Source of the DNA: Massalongia carnosa
Taxonomy: Eukaryota
Reading direction: 5' to 3'
Length of the DNA stretch: 64,000 nucleotides
Assembly (NCBI GenBank): GCA_965645245.1
Contig: OZ287070.1
Location: 1,674,001 to 1,738,000 of the forward strand
Part shown: positions 1-12,756 of the stretch, one piece after another
How positions within the stretch are numbered: the stretch's first letter is position 1
Layout of the letters: each line of letters opens with the position of its first letter
Position numbers and translations under genes: made by a program
The notes under the pieces: model-generated
The model's database searches: none
The model's input: only the letters and a program-made list of their open reading frames with translations
What the model was told of the DNA's origin: nothing

Positions 1-1255
1 TTGACCATATTATGAGTGGGGAAGAGGAAAGATCGGCCGTAGGGTTCCGTTTAAGCGCCGACCTCTCTGTGTGGAACGGCGGCTTGCAGATAGAAAAGAC
101 AAGGTATAAGTCGCATAGTTCAGTGCATACAGAGTACTTTGTACGTCCAATTGAATTGATCAATCACGTCAAGCAGTTGGATATTGTTGTTTCTTCTGTG
201 TGCAGTGGCTTGCATCCAGGCGCGCGAGGTTTGCCAATAACCTTTGCAGCTGACTGCATACTGCATAAGTCAAGTGTAAATCTTGCGATGCAGATCATGT
301 CTTGTAGGGGAATCGAAAAAGCCACAGAAAAAAACATGAATGATTATTATGAGGGAATTAGTTAAGTTGATTTAGGAAACTAATATAGAAGTCTGAATCG
401 AGTTGAGTCATGACAATAAATGCTTTGAAACTAACTGGGATAGCAAACAAAAAGTTGATACTATGAAGCTCAAAATACTCTCAAAAGACAGGAAATGCAT
501 AACCAGTGTGCAGAGTGCTTGGTAGATCCAACGAGTTGATGGTGCTCACTCTGTACTCTGTACTTCGCGACCAAAGGAGAATGGCTGTATTAAACCTTAC
601 TCTACCATATGAGTATAGTTTAGTATAACTAAATAACCTATAACCACGGGAAGTCACACCAAAACGTGTTAGCATCTCGATGCTGAAACAGTGACTTTGG
701 GGCATTTATACAGGCAATCTACAAACTTTATATCCAGCCGGCAGCAGGAATGTCTAGATTGAAAAGCGAGTTGCGAAACACTTATGGATGTCCTGCGGAT
801 CTCACAAAAGTACCTTGACATTTTCGTAAGCCTCGTGTGGGATGGATGTCTATTTCATATCTCCTTTCTTCAAACTGGTGAAACCCTTATCAATCCAAAC
901 GTAGAAATGAAAATAAGAGATGGCCTCACACCCCAAGCAGACAATCCTTCCGGATTCTTATTATACCTCTTTATTGCCTAGTTTCTAGCAGAGCCAGGAA
1001 CAGTCAGGCAACTAAGTACAATGTTTTTACTGACCAGATTGCCTTTCTGAATGTATTTGCGAAAACTAGAGCGCCAGTTATAAACTCGTTCGACTGCAGT
1101 CCTGTATGGGTACTACATATTTCAAAAGGAAAATGATGATGACTATGTTGATTGAATATGCTCGCAACTCTTGCTGTGGGGTATCAAATGGTGAACGCTC
1201 AAACGCCTCCAATGCTCAAAAGCCATACATTTAAACTAATATCTTAAAGCAAACT

Positions 1256-1919
1256 CTAGCCCCCAGCTCGCTCTCCTCCTTGCTGCATCACAGAGATCTG
1301 CTTGCGTAGCTCCAGGAAGAAGTCCTTGCCGCTCCCCATAGCATTTGCTGCACAAGCTTAGCTTGAGCGTTAAAAATTCCTCTTGAAAAGAATGACATAC
1401 CCTTGGACGCCCACGGTCCACCGGATTTCACACTTTTTGATTGAGGTCCTGAGGCTTTATATTTCAGCTGCTTCCCGTTCTCCGCTGTCACGTCGTTGTA
1501 TGCTATAAAGGTATTAAACGCTGATAGCAAAATTTTCTATAGCTTACATACAGTTTCTGAGGGCTTCTCGCACCTCCATGGCGTTGAAGCCCCTCACAGT
1601 TATGTGTTGCTCCTGAGGTAAGCCATGGGAAGCCCAATCCCTGCACTTTATTGTTACTATTTAGCCTGTCGTTGTTCGAAATTAGGTACGAACCCTTGTC
1701 CACCAGCATTTTGCTTGCCCGGGGGGGTACCACTTTCACGAGAGGAGTTCTGTCGCTGTTGTTGATTGTTGTGACGATTTTGCTGTGGTGGTAGAGGATT
1801 CTGTTGTCCCCGGGGAGTGCGCCAGCTATGTATGAATTAGCCACAGTAACAGTTTATGTGTATGAATTGAGATTCATGAGTTTAAATGTCACCTACCGCT
1901 CTTCACCAGTGCTGCTCAT
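1256..1919 (-). CDS. Small 5-exon hypothetical protein (~145 aa), not recovered by the ORF track
   Basis: Exons 1919-1897, 1825-1694, 1640-1552, 1502-1401 and 1347-1256 are joined by four 48-71 nt GT-AG introns with consistent phases (438 nt total). Translation: MSSTGEERWRTPRGQQ...EQHITVRGFNAMEVREALRNSY...SGGPWASKANAMGSGKDFFLELRKQISVMQQGGERAGG*. Confidence 0.8.
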
Positions 1920-2286
1920 TGTGGACTCTCGGAGATCCTTTTGTTGGAGTTGGGAATCTGAGAGTTATAATTTCTACAGCTTACCTAACGCAGATCCCAA
2001 CACGTGAAGCGCTAACAACGATCTAGAAGTTTATCCCTTCCGGAGTGAATTACAGGGGTGTGACAACCTCGAGCCCTGCATCTTAACCTCATCTCATCGA
2101 TCAGTACCATTTGCTCATCTCCTACATCTCCCTAGAATCTAGCTCAAGCGCTCGACATTTACAGCAAAACAACCAAATGCAAATCGCACATCTATGGCGT
2201 TTGTGCCACCGAAGTTCTTTCGAACTTACTAACGGGTGATTCCCCCACCTTGAACACAGCGCCCTAAGGTAGTGGTTTTGAAAAAA

Positions 2287-5200
2287 ATGGCCCCAATGTC
2301 TTCGGTCAGCCGAAGACCTTTCAATACCCGTGCGAGAAGTTCACGAAGGTCTCGTGTACCAACGCTTGTAAGTGAGGGTCTTCTGAACGCCGAACCGCCA
2401 CGAAAGAAGCGGAAATACGTTCCGGGGGGTCCTGGGGGTGGTGGGAGGTATGTAGATACAGATGGCACGGAAATACCAGTAGGAGGTACAGGCCCTGGAG
2501 GCTACAACTACATTGGTCCTCGAGGTAGAATAGGACGCGAAAACGCGGCCAATGGCATTCAGCCGGTCGTCTATCAGCGGCCGCGTCGGGAAAGTCGAAG
2601 GGAACGACCTGCAAGGCCTCGATTTAGCTCCGCGGCTGCAGCAACAGCTGCTGTGGTACAAGGTGATGGGTTCAAGCCAAGGGAAGAGAGGGGTTGGGAG
2701 GAATTTCATCAAGACCTTGACATCGAGGCAAAATTTCCAGTTTTCAGCGCAGATGAAGTTGATGGAGTTACAAAGCCTAGCGCTGCTCCATACGTGAAAG
2801 AAACACACTTGAATGGAGTCTTTGGGGTGGAACAAGATGGTGTACCCTCTGCAATAGAGCATCATTCTGTAGAGCGCAAGGAAGCTCTAGAGAACGCGGA
2901 AAATGTCAAACCATCATCACCAAGTGACGGAGCACCTTCATCTAGCCAAGGGGGAGATGAAATGCTTCTAACGCCCTCAAGGAGACGCCCAGGACGCCCT
3001 CCTCGTCGGCCTGACTCCATGCTCAAAGGCATCGGCACACCCGATGTCCCTAAGATTGTTCCTCTTCCGGGCCCCAATCCCCGCGAAAAGCTCACATTGC
3101 CGAAGCCCTCTTTTCGTCTCTCGGATCCGTTCGTATCCTATGAGCAGAAAGCAGCCGGGCAGCTTAACTATGTTGATCGGACGATGGCAAATGTTGGCTA
3201 CCAAGAGAGTGATATTTATATTCGCCCAGAGAAAACCTTAATACGAGTTACGGAAGGTAGTATTGAGGAAGATCTGGATATCGTACCAGGGACGAAGAAC
3301 GAGGGGGAGAGCAATGCAGCAATCGGTGGCGTCGGCGTCGGCAGGGTGGAGTATGACATGGATGAGCAGGACAACAAGTGGCTTGAGTTCTACAACCTGC
3401 AAAGGAAGTCTGAACAGATCGAGCCAATTAAACCTGCGATTTTCGAAATCACAATGACCAAAATAGAAAAGGAATGGCATGCCCTTGAAAAACGAATACC
3501 AAAACCTAATGCGAAGCCTCCTCAAACCCATCGGCCGAGATCTAGCTCTGCAGCGGCCGTCAACGGCGAGACGGCTGCTCCAGGAGAAGAGCAGGACAGC
3601 AAGTGTGCTATTTGTGACGATGGTGATTGTGAGAACACAAATGCAATTGTCTTTTGCGATGGATGTGACCTAGCCGTTCATCAAGAGTGTTATGGTGTAC
3701 CATTCATTCCAGAAGGACAATGGCTTTGCCGTAAGTGCCAACTGATCGGTCGTGGTACCCCAACCTGTATTTTTTGTCCAAATACAGATGGCGCATTCAA
3801 GCAGACGAATGCGTTAAGATGGTCCCACTTGCTTTGTGCGATTTGGATTCCTGAAATCTCATTGGGGAATGCCACGTTCATGGAACCAGTGATGGATGTC
3901 GAAAAGGTTCCTAGGCAGAGATGGAAATTAACATGCTATATATGTCGGCAAAAAATGGGTGCTTGTATTCAATGCGGAAACAAGAATTGTTTCGTGGCAT
4001 TTCACGTTACTTGCGCTAGAAGGGCAAGATTATTCTTAAAGATGAAGTCGACCCATGGTGATCCTGCAAGCTTTGACGCTAGCGTCCTTAAAGCGTACTG
4101 CGATAAGCACGTTCCGTCTGAATGGCGCAGGGAACATGATGTTGATGCAGCAACCGCCGATGCAATTGAATATTATCACTGGACCATGCGAGGTCGCCGA
4201 TGGGCAGATAGTCAGCAGCCTGCACTCACCTTGACTGCAGCGAATGCATACGAAGCTCCCGTTCCAGAACCAGCAGACGAAGCGAGCCCCCCTAAGATTA
4301 GCCTCATATTGAATGTTAATAAACGGAAACGCATACAAGCACCGAAAGCCGTTTGGAGGCTACCTTCAGGAGCGCCTGTCATCCCAGCAGCGGTTTACAA
4401 TTCCGTAGAGAGCTCCCTCCAGCGGTTCACTATACGAAAACGAAAAGAGTATGCTGCTGAAGCTTGCAAATACTGGACTCTCAAGAGAGAAGCTCGCCGA
4501 GGAGCAGCTTTGTTAAAGCGATTACAGCTGCAAATGGAGACATTCTCATCCATGGAAATCACTCGCCGAAACTTTGTGGGCATGGGAGCAGGAGGCAAAG
4601 CGCGATTACAGCGTCGCATAGACTTTGCTGAAATACTACAACAAGATGTTGAAAGGTTAAGGGTTTTATGCGAGGAAGTCAGGAATAGGGAACGAGAGAA
4701 GCTCAACGATGCAGAGATGCTCAAAGATCTTATTGATACAGTTTATTTTCCAATTGCGCCACTTCTATGGCCAATATTAGAAAGAGCGCAAGCGTGAGTC
4801 CGCAATGTATCAACTATTGAGGCAAGAGCTGACACCTATCTAGTCTTGATGGCAGAGGAGTCTTTCAAGATGGGTTTTCCAAACTCCGCGACAAGCTCGG
4901 GGTTCGTTATTACACTTCCGTCTCTGCATTCTCTGCCGAGTTTGGTGCTGTCTTTAGCGCTGTCATTGGGCTGCCGGCTGCAGTTGACACCGCAGAGGTC
5001 CAAGCCCAGATTAGCAGTGAGGCATCATCTAAAGGCTCGACTACAGAGTACAAGGAAAAGAGGAAGCTTGCGAAACGTATCATTAAGGCTGTACAAGGCT
5101 CACTCGAAGATGCTTTGCGAAATGAGGGTGAGCTATGTAGGAAACCATTCGAAAAGGAGCTACGAGACCTTGATTTGCTTCTAGAACACAGCTTCCTATC

Positions 5201-5930
5201 TCGGCGTGACTCTTTGGCCAACTCCTTAGGATATGATAATAGTGATGTTGAAGGAGCCAATCCGAAACTCTTGCTTCGGGGAAGTAGCCCTAGCGAACAC
5301 TTGCAAAGGGAGGATCTAGATGCTACAACGGATGGCCATCCTACAAGGGCGGAGTTGGTTTTTAACGAATCTGGACCTGACATTAGACCTCTTGATCCAG
5401 CATTCCACAACGGGCATCCAAACGGAAGCATTTCTACACCATCGAAGGAACTCATTGGCCCAGGACCAAACACGCTGGCTTTTGCAACCCAACGTTCAAC
5501 TCCTGAAGACTCAAGTGCTATTACAAATGGTCAAGGTCAAGGTGAAGGATTGAAGAAGATTGCCGAGACTGTCTCTCTACGGCAGAATGGTGCATCGTTG
5601 AACCACGTTGAGCCCCCGACGCCGCCGTTGAGTGCTGAGGGAGAGGCTCATCCTCTTTCTAATGGGGGCATTCCATGGTACATGGAACCATTTGATCCAG
5701 TCGGCACGACTGTTGAAGAGGAACGATGGACTGGCCGTGAACTTGTGCGGGGGATGAGTGAAGAACTGAGTGACATGGACGAAGATGAGCTTTCCGGTTT
5801 GGTAGACGTCGAAAGGAGCGAGGCTCCTAATGTCGCTACAGATGGTACGTTGCATCCGGAGTCTGCAGTGGCAGGCAGGATGCGTCCTAAGGCTGTTTCT
5901 AAACGACGGAGATGGCGTGGGTATCGTTAG
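2287..5930 (+). CDS. NTO1: NuA3 HAT complex subunit Nto1-like PHD/ePHD protein (BRPF family)
   Basis: EPL1-like VEYDMDEQD motif, PHD finger CAICDDGDCENTNAIVFCDGC..H..C and an extended PHD (PZP). Intron 4794-4843 (GTGAGT..CTGAC..TAG) joins in frame to the ORF ending at 5930. Confidence 0.9.
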
Positions 5931-6616
5931 GTCTGCGGAGTTTATCATTATGAAAGACTTTTCTCATGCTCTGAAAATCTGCAGAGCTGTATGATTGATG
6001 TAGATATGTCAAAGGCGTCAGGGATATGCTAGGATCCTCCTTCTTGCGGCCTTCATATTTGAGGGTAAAGATGCTGGAAAGCTGCGCTCGAACCGCTTTT
6101 TTTTTCTTTCTTTTTTCTTCTTCAAACTCCTTTCGCTTTATATATTACGTCTATAGGTGGTTGCGGATAGAAAATTTGGTATCTCAACTGTAGAGACGCA
6201 CAATCTAAGGAACTAGATGAAAGAAAAGTATAGTACCTTTAGGCTGCCCTCTGTCTGGCCGTGTGCGTCAACAACGTCTGACTTGACATGCACACGTGAC
6301 TTAACCGTTTGCGGCTTAGGGTGGTAGGCAGATATGTTAGCCTCGTTACATTGTAGATAATTTTAAAATTTCCAAATCTATCCACACCCCTTGCAACCTT
6401 ACCTACTACACAACATACATACCTTCAAATTTTCTTGCGTTCTGCGGAGAATCTATCACTACTATCACCTTTGGTAAGACCCCATCCTCCTAGATCTACT
6501 AAGGAGGTCCTGAGTCGACATCGCAATCAGCTTATCAACTCCCAGACTCCGTTCAGCGCAATTCAGTGTTGACACATTTCGCCTTGGAAGTTCAGCTCAC
6601 TTCAACATTGCTTCCA

Positions 6617-7708
6617 ATGGCGACTATGGAATATGAGAATGAGAATGGCCGCTATGACGGTATGCTTTACCTTTCTATACTACATTGTTTCTTCCTAGAT
6701 TCTCAGAAGGTAAGGGTTATCAAAGTTGAAGCTGACGCTGACGACGCGTAGAAGAGCCACGTTACGAGCGCGATCGCGATCGTAGTGCTTCTCCTCGGCC
6801 TGCCAAGCGCGACGATAACTATCGTGGAGGGCGAGATCGAAGTGCATCTCCCAACGGGCGCATGGGTTCTCGGTATTTGTTCTCGGCCTATATTGATATT
6901 TGTTCTTCTTTAACCTCAAACTAGAGGACCACCTCCCGATAATCGCAATACAGAGGACCGAGAAGCTGCTGCTCGTAACCCTGGTTCTAACCTGTTCGTG
7001 ACTGGCATTCACCCCCGGCTTTCTGAAGGAGAAGTATCGCATCTTTTCGAAAAATATGGCGATGTTGAAGGGTGCTCGATCATGAAAGATCCCCATACTC
7101 AAGAGTCCCGTGGCTTCGGATTTGTGAAAATGGTTACTGCTGAGCAGGCTGATGCAGCCAAGGAAGGTCTTCAAGGCGAAAACATCGAAGGGCGCACCTT
7201 GAGTATTGAGAAAGCTAGGCGTGCTCGCCCTCGTACCCCTACGCCTGGGAAGTACTTTGGTCCACCCAAGCGAGGTTAGCTTAATCTTCTCCGCATCACT
7301 TCTGAGTGCTGACTTGCATTCACAGATGATGAATTCCGGGGGCCATCACGTGGCGGTCGTTTTGAGCGTTTTGACGATCGTCGTGGAGGCGGGTATGGCG
7401 GAGGCCGCTACGATGACAACTACCGCGGTTCTTCTCGTTATGATGATCGCGAACGTCGCTCCTACGGACGGCGTGACGACTATGGCTCCCGTGGCATTGA
7501 TCGCTATGCCTCCTCCGGTCGCGATGATCGGTACAGCAGCCGCGGAGATGATCGTCGGGGTGGTAATGAATACTATGGTCGGGACACCGGGCGGTCGAGC
7601 AATTCCGCTGCGTATGGCGAGCCGGCGCCATCAAGAGAGGCCCGAGATCCGTACGGCGGAGGTAGAACTCTCGACGACCGTCCTGATGATAGGTTCTCCC
7701 GTAGATAG
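6617..7708 (+). CDS. RRM RNA-binding protein with R/D/G/Y-rich tail (SR-like/Tra2-like)
   Basis: RNP2 NLFVTGI, RNP1 RGFGFVKM and a RARPRTPTPGKYFG linker typical of Tra2-like RRMs. Introns at ~6660-6751, ~6873-6924 and ~7275-7325; unspliced stop TAG at 7706-7708. Probable 5'UTR intron from 6474. Confidence 0.85.
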
Positions 7709-10407
7709 ATTGCTGTCGGCTAATCTGCTCAGGTGCGGAGCGCTCTGCCAAATAACACGCCTAACGCCTGCCAGCTGCTCACAAGCTTCAGATCGTCAGC
7801 ATTTCAGCCGGGCAGCCTAATGGTTTAGCTGATCTTGTACTGGTGCTCTTGCGTTCTAACAGGTTCTATCGTCGTTTTCTCGTTGCTGCGGCTGCTCATC
7901 GGAGTCGAGAAGCAAGATTGGAGGAGACTGTCTCTTCCTACTAAGGCTCGCGACTTCATGTCTTTTTCAGCGGCGAGGCGAGGCTAGGATGGATCATATG
8001 GTCAACATTTCGGCTCCGTTGCACGGTCTGTGTTACTCGGCGAGGGTTGTCGGAACTACGAAATTTTCATTTCTTCTCATGGCGATCGATCTCTAGGCTT
8101 CGATGCAGAACGCTACAAACATCTTCGAGGTCATCCTGATCAACTTTTCCCCCAGCCTGTAAAATAACGCCTATCAACTTCGTCTGTTCGGCTTCGTCTT
8201 CAAACAACGACCCACGAATCCTTAATCGATGGGTATACTCAGATCAAATACTTTGACCCGCCATTCTTTTCCGTAGTTGCCACACCATTTCAGCCATCAG
8301 ATCCTAATCAAACTCAGCCACTACCTTTGTACATTTGTTCGGCATCAAACGGTAGGGTACCATGCATCGCTCTAGAGTCTTCAGTGAGCCGAAATACGAA
8401 AACTCCATAAACAGCACATTGTCGATCTGCGTCTACTAAAGATCACTTACATTTTGTTTCCGCTTGAGTGTATACCGCTTCTACAAGATTGCATTACTGA
8501 AATGTCACGCATGCTGGTCCAAGTCTACAAATCTAGAAGGCTCCGCACCTGTCCTCGTTGTACCACCAATTTATCTTCATTCAGTCTTTCAATTCAAACC
8601 TGCATCAAGCCAGCTTCAGTCTCACACCCAAAGACAATGGAATTTATTGCTCGCAGCCTCCACCTAGTACTCTCCCAATAAAGAGCCTATAAGCTACGCA
8701 TTATTTATTCTCCTAGCGCTTTATCGTTGTCACTCATCCAGGTCAGTTCTAATATTAAAGCCTTATTATTTTGACTTCTCCATTCTAACTGAAGAACTCT
8801 CCGAAAGCGCCTTTCACCTTATGTCGCATTATATTCATGTACATTACGTAGACATTCAATATGGTCCTTTCAGGGCTTTGCCGCCTTTGTACGGCTTCCA
8901 CTCGGCAGAAAAGCCACATGCCCTACAGATAGTTCTCACATGGAATTTGCAACGTGTCTTGCGTCCCGAAATACGATGTTAACATCCCAGGGCGTAGATC
9001 GACCGTACGCGTGGCTTGAGTGTGTACTTATGTGGATTCTAGCATTCCGTCTTTTTATCACCTATGGTCCAAACCCTCCGAACCAGGAGCGAGGCAAGAT
9101 TATCGCCGCATTTCTCATCTCCACATTTCCTAGGAGCTGAAGTTACATGGCAGAATTCTAGATTGTGGTGCTTTCAGCTCAGTTCTTGGCTCCCTTTCAC
9201 CACGTACGGCTCGATGTGATTGGGTTGCTCCACGATAACTTACTCACAAGTATACAATGGTATGCCTTCTACTTTCATGTGCAGTCATCCATCCGCTTTT
9301 AACATTTATGTTATTCAAGATTATGCAAGAACAAGAGATGAACCCACCTCCTCAAAACAAATGGGCATTACTTTGCTTTCTCGACTTTCTAGGAAATCCA
9401 ATCTCGAAAGGTAGGGGCGATAAATGACGGGAAATAACTACTAGGGCAAGGCGTTTGCACCGCGGAGTTTTGTTCGTCATTGGTGGACCTTGAGTCGTCG
9501 ATAGAAAGTATGGATTCTCGAGTTGGTATCGATAACCAAGGAATCATCCAACCTCAATCAAGAAATACAACAATGGAAAGCTTTGAAGCGCGTCTGAAGA
9601 GTCTTCGTCTTAGCATACCCATAAGCCAAGGCAGATAACACCACGTGCCTTTTCCATCAGACTGTTGAACAATCAGAAGTGTGAAGTAGCAACATTCCCG
9701 AGTGTTGCTTTTAGGGGCGGAATCAGAGGAGAATCTTTTTTGGTTGAGGCTGGTTGTACGTCTGTTTACAGTAGGTAGTCTTAGGTACAGAATACAACGG
9801 GTTTATATCACCAAAGAAGCAGCTATTCTGGAGTCTGTAGTCCCGATAAAACCACCGTTTGATGCTAGTAAAGTCGAAATTTCCTATCTTGCAACTTAAA
9901 TCTCTGACAACCTCTAACAGAGTATGTCTCTATTGCTGAGAAATCTTAAATGCGTTACTATGTGTGAACTCCGTACGGCGTGTATTTCTAAAATTACGTT
10001 CACAAAACCACTAGCGTCGATATTAGCGTTATCATTCATCATGACACACCCACATGTGCAATAACCATTACATAGTGTGATAGTATACTCATTCTCGACC
10101 TTGCAAACATACTTCCACCGACAAATACTCTTCCATCAAAAACAATTCCCCTCAAAAAATTGTCGTTACTCGATCCTTTGCCTAGGGATGTGTTGGCTAG
10201 TCTAACGCTTCGCAGCTCTTGTGCAAGCTTTGTCTCCGTAGCTTTATCCTCTCAATACTCATTAAGCCCAGTGAACGCTCCAAAAACCCACAAGAGATAA
10301 CCTCACCCACCCTATTACTCTAAAACTCATTCATACATCCTACCTCCCAATTTCTCGAGGGACGGATCGAATATACACATCGAGAATTAAGACCGATTGC
10401 CTACAAA

Positions 10408-12756
10408 ATGCTTCAACACCCACCAGTAGCCCCACCAGCGGGGCCCAAAATCCCACGATCGGGTCGTCAACCAAACCGTGGTGGGATCCAGAAACGAAAA
10501 GGTGCAGTACGTACGGATAGGGATGGCGATCTGGACATGGAGGAAACTGGAGGAGTCAAAAAGGCTCGTGGACGTGGCCGAGTCGTTCCGCCCCTACGGG
10601 GGAGTTTTGGCGCCGTCTCTACTCGCAACCCAAAGGCTTCACGCCCTGCAAGAGCTAGCTTGAATACTTCGGCAATGCAGAAAGCTATACTGCGTGGCAT
10701 GGGCGCTGACGAGACCATTGCAAGAGGCCCCAGACACACCCCACGAATCACAAGGCAGCCAGGCCGATCTTTGGGCAGGGAACAGGATCTGAGCCAAGGG
10801 AATGGACTGGAACAAGTGATTGTTCGAGGCCTCAAGCAAAGCAAAGCAGCCTCAAATCCGGACGGAGGCATCAGCGATCTTCTTGGATTCCTAGAACGCA
10901 AGGCAACCGTCCCCGACGCAGCTGCGAGGGATGTGGTAAGGATCAAAAAGGTATGTTTGAAACTGTACACTCCTGGTTCCCGGTGGCATCGCGAATTCGC
11001 CCTCTCTGGTCTGCTCTCGTTTCAAGCCAAGCTCTCAGAACGACGACCGAGATTATCGATCCTTGCTACTTCCTTCCACGGGTGACATGCAACTTCAAGG
11101 TTTATATACCTTGCTAACGTTGTGTAGTCACGACTTGATGGTGACGCTCTTATCGTATTCGTTCGAAAAGAGGATGTCATGAAGATATTGAGATTGGACA
11201 AGTTTTTATTTGCCGGAGCGACTTTGCATATCGAGTTCCATCAGGGAAAGGACATTGATCCGCAAGGTGAGGGGGGTGGGGCGACAAACGAAATTTCTAT
11301 GATGTTGAAAGCAGTACTTTCTCGGCGGTATGATCCTGTCACCAAGCTGTTGGACCTGTCAAACCTTGGGTCCGACCCCGAACTGGTCAACATGGGGATG
11401 TTTAGCACAACCGCGAGGGAGTCAAAGTTCTTCCCTGCACTCATGAAAGTCTGTGATAGCAACTTTACAACCGCCCACGAAAAGGCCGAAGCCATCATAA
11501 GTGTTTCTCTAGCTAGCAATGCGCTTACATCCATTGCCTCCGTCACCTCGCTGGCCCAAACTTTACCTGCCATCAAGAATCTAGATCTTTCAAACAACCA
11601 ATTCAGGAATCTCAGCGCACTCGAAGGATGGCGGTGGAAGTTCCGGCACCTCGACCACCTCATTCTCTCTGGGAATCCCCTAGAAACAGAGGAGCCGTCG
11701 TATGAAAATGACATCATCAAATGGTATCCCATTCTTCGCACGTTAAACACCATTCAAGTTCGGACCTTGGACGAAATTAAGGCGGCTACAAGCACCCAAA
11801 TGTCAATTCCAGTACGTGGTCCCAGTTTCCGAGACGAAGCCAATATTGGCGAAACATTTGTCAAACAATTCTTCCCCGCCTACGACTCAGACCGTGTTGG
11901 CCTCGTTAATGGATACTACGATGCGGAATCTATGTTCTCACTAAGTATCAATGTCTCCGCCCCAAGAGGAGCCGAAGCCGTTGACCAGAAAGCACCGTGC
12001 TGGGATGGCTATATAAAACGAAGCCGGAACCTTGTGAAAGTAACGCAAACACCGGCAAGAATGTCGCGTCTGCATACGGGCCCGGAGAGTATTCAGCAAT
12101 GCTGGCTCACCCTTCCCAGCACCCATCACGTCGATCTCCTGAGAGAGCCTCAGAAGTGGTGTATCGAGTGCAATTCCATTCCTGGTCTCCCAGACCCGAC
12201 AGGCCAGTCTCTCGGCGGGGTGGGCGGGCTGATCGTCACTGTTCACGGCGAGTTCTCCGAGGTAGACGTATCCACTGGACAAATGAGGAACAAGCGGAGT
12301 TTTGATCGTACCTTTGTCCTTGGACCTGGTGCTGGAGTTGGAGGCGTCCGGGTCTTGTGCGATACACTTGTGCTCCGAGCGTGGGGCGGTTCCGATGCTT
12401 GGAAACCGGATTTGCCTATTGATAACGGTATCTTATCGTTGACAGCTCCCCCGCAACAACCTTACTCTGTCCAAGTCCCCTTGGGTTTCGGGGCGCCGGT
12501 CCCGGGCAAGACGGAGGAAGATGTACGCAAGGAAATATTGGCCATAGAGCTGAGCAGGCGAACGGGCATGACGTTGGAATATTCGGGTATGTGTCTTCAG
12601 CAGAGTGGATGGAATCTGGACGGGGCTGTAGTTGCATTCGAGCAAGTTAGAGTACGTGTTACATGCAGCTTTTCATGAAATGTTGAGAGCACTTTACTTA
12701 CTAATCTTTCTGTTTAGGGAGCCTTACCAGCTGACGCCTTCTTTGTCGCGACATGA
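10408..12756 (+). CDS. MEX67: mRNA export factor Mex67 (NXF1/TAP orthologue)
   Basis: LRR region (LDLSNN, LILSGNPL), NTF2-like domain (VHGEF..RSFDRTFVLGP) and C-terminal UBA/TAP-C (TGMTLEYSGMCL..GWNL..LPADAF). Exons 10408-10950, 11128-12651, 12718-12756. Confidence 0.92.

Noticed and set aside
1503..1844. 113-aa ORF MANSYIAG...
   Set aside because: It is a wrong-frame shadow of the spliced 1919-1256 gene, and its start lies in an intron branch-point region.
7900..10400. 2.5-kb gap with several 60-75 aa ORFs, considered as a possible ncRNA or gene
   Set aside because: No recognisable protein motif, consistent splice pattern, or tRNA/snoRNA/5S signature was seen.
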